Shown here: in pieces, positions 61,621-64,000 of the stretch
How the letters are laid out: the number at the start of each line of letters is the position of its first letter
How positions within the stretch are numbered: position 1 is the first letter of the stretch
Assembly (NCBI GenBank): GCA_964199315.1
Contig: OZ116703.1
Coordinates: forward strand, 18,848,001-18,912,000
From: Orbicella franksi
Taxonomy: Eukaryota
Direction of reading: 5' to 3'
Length of the DNA stretch: 64,000 nt
Position numbers and translations under genes: made by a program
Notes under the pieces: generated by a model
What the model saw: only the letters and a program-made list of their open reading frames with translations
Told to the model about the DNA's origin: nothing
Databases searched by the model: none

Positions 61621-64000
61621 CTATTTTGAGAACAAGGATCGACTAACTTACAATTGTTGAATGTCTCTTCTCACGTCCTCTCTGCTTTTTCCTCTCTGCT
61701 CTGAGACAAAGAAAATCACGTTATTTTATGCCAATTATTGAACTCAACGCTTGGATAACCTCATGACTGATTCGTAACGCATAATACCTTTCTCTATAAG
61801 AGAGTGCATTGGCTTGTTGTATTTCTTTCTTTCTTTTTTTTTCAGAGCAAGAAACTCAAGAACGGTCAATAAATTAATTCCATCATAAACGTTTTCGAAA
61901 AACGCTAACTCCCCTTTGGATTAAATAGTAGACATCTCAGCTGATTGATAGTGAAGTACAGGACGGTATATTGATTTCGAACCTGGAGGAGGTCCAAAGT
62001 TAGATAAGCATAATACTCCATCCAGAAAATGAGGCCTAGTATCAATTAATGGATTAGACAGTAGTATTATTTGCCTCGTGTCGGCTAACTCCACTGGCGC
62101 TTTCTGGCGCTCAATTCATTGAGGTATAGTAATCCTTTAGCGATCGACTAGAAAGGAAAGGATAAAGTACCCTGAAATAAATGGTTTCCAGGCACAATTT
62201 ACCCGATTTTACTTTTTGAAGTCTTCAGTGTTGCCTCCTGGCTCACCTTACACCAGTGTCATTAGCAGTGATGTTCTTCTAAATGCTTTTCACGTATTCA
62301 GTCTTTAATTTTTCTTGAGAGAATTTGAATATCAATCCTGAGATAATTCGATTTTCTATTTTCATTTCAGTGATCTCCTGTGCTTTTTGACTTTATTACT
62401 GCTCTGAGCGGAAACGAAATTGGAAATTGTTCATAACTGCACGGGCTTTAAACATTCTGTTCATGAATTAAAGAGCGATTGTTCCAGCTCTTTAATTTCT
62501 AATAAACCGCCACAACGAGCCTGTTAAGTAGTCCAACTGGCTTGAACTTTGAAGTATCTCATTTTACGTAAACATACAAGAGTAGTTCGATAACTTAGGA
62601 AGGATCAATGACAGTCTTGTCCGGACAATTTAGATTGAAAGAAAAAACAGCTACTGCTCAATTAAACGACTTATCTGAGTAACATAGCTAGAGAACTTAT
62701 GACCTTTCTGGTGATTGCACGTATAGCCATTACTGACGTGCGTAATGGCTAGAGTAGACTCTCTTAAAGCCTTAGCCTTTTCATTAATTTTTATTATGCG
62801 TTTTTCCCCAGTCTGTAGCCTTTTTTTATTATGTTTCAACACCAGTCAATTAGAACTAACTAAGCTTGATTCAGGATATCTCTAGATTTGTTCATCACTC
62901 ACTACACACCATAGTTTATAATAGAAAGAATGGTTATGAAACCTGGCAAAGCTCTTTGTTGTATGTATTTGTTTGCTATTTTGGGGGTTGACCCTGCAAA
63001 AAGCCTGGCAAAATACAAAAGGTGGTTATGTGTGCTCATACAAGTAACCGATAGAAGCATTTTGATGACGTAATTCATGCAGAGTCTATGCAGAGCATAA
63101 AACAAAAGATGCGCAGGGTCAAGGACCTTCCAACATAAATCTTAGCCGGTTTGTTTGCTTCTTTGATGTTTGCCATCCCCCCCTATTAACTATGCGTCAT
63201 GCCAGAGGTAGTAAAGGAAATCTTGGCTGAAAAGCAGTTCAAATTCCAAAGAATACCTAATGGTTCTCTTTAACTGATTCTGGGGTTTTTTAAAAGTTGA
63301 TATCTCTGTAAGTGGTTCGAATACGAAGTGAACTTTTAATGATTAAAGTATTTTTATACCGTTAGAGTTACGCAATGCTGTATTTCAATAACGTCAAACC
63401 ATGCCACTCATTGACGTCATAAATTTCCATCAAGCTATGCACAAATAGACTTAGCGGCGCGCGGGAAACTTAAAATCCGAAAATAGCTGAAAGAAAACCC
63501 CAGCATTCAAAACAGGCAAAGAATTATCAACTTCAAATCGCTGAAACAGCCTACAGAAACACCATCTTGTGATTTGGAACAAAACTGCTTTTTAGCATTG
63601 ACCATTGTATGAGATCATGATGGAGGTGGTGAACTGCGAAGGAGGGGGAGGGTAAGCTGGTTATGGTTCACTAAAATTAAGGCCATTCGATTCTTTGAAC
63701 GCGCGCTGTTAGACTGGATAAGATCGATAGTGTTTTTAGGGGTATGATTAACGGGGAACGGGAAACAATGCAACATACGTACCACCCCTCTCGAATTTGA
63801 ACTGGACTAAATTTTATGTTTCACAAACTTCTTGGTGCATAAGTGGAAGAGGAAAAAATAGTTCCTTGGAAACAAAATACCCAATGCCAAGCCAGAGTGA
63901 AAAACATACCATATTTCAGACCGAAATGGTCAAAATCTATACCTTTTTTGAGACCAAAACACCTCAAAAACCAAACCCTTCGAGACCGCACATACCTATA

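Noticed and set aside
62247-63105. Upstream exons for the 61284-61620 frame, including ORF 62902-63105
   Set aside because: Tested acceptor/donor pairs contain stops in all frames, and the ORF has no recognisable homology.

Overview
Eukaryotic, intron-rich, AT-rich genomic DNA. The tRNA-derived SINE and abundant palindromic MITE families look like those of a scleractinian coral or related anthozoan (inference). Two large divergent genes were spliced by hand with consistent intron phases. (1) CEP131/AZI1 is on the minus strand (ATG 18609, 27 coding exons, 1122 codons in the window); the last exon is probably just off the left edge. (2) A complete BAHCC1/TNRC18 (winged-eye) chromatin-reader gene is on the plus strand (ATG 23451 to TAA 58873, 25 coding exons, about 3030 aa), with coiled coil, AT-hooks, tandem Tudor and a C-terminal BAH domain. 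The 4.8-kb gap between them holds promoter motifs, a 189-bp palindrome and a truncated ORF resembling the CxC5 region of KDZ transposons. Introns carry many MITEs and SINEs. A candidate terminal exon of a third, minus-strand gene, absent from the ORF track, lies at 61284-61620. The main leads are possible CEP131-BAHCC1 microsynteny shared with human 17q25.3, a single pre-duplication BAHCC1/TNRC18 reader, a CpG-poor domain beside a CpG-rich 11.4-kb first intron, and uORF plus Pumilio-type control of the chromatin gene. No clearly novel system is proven from sequence alone.
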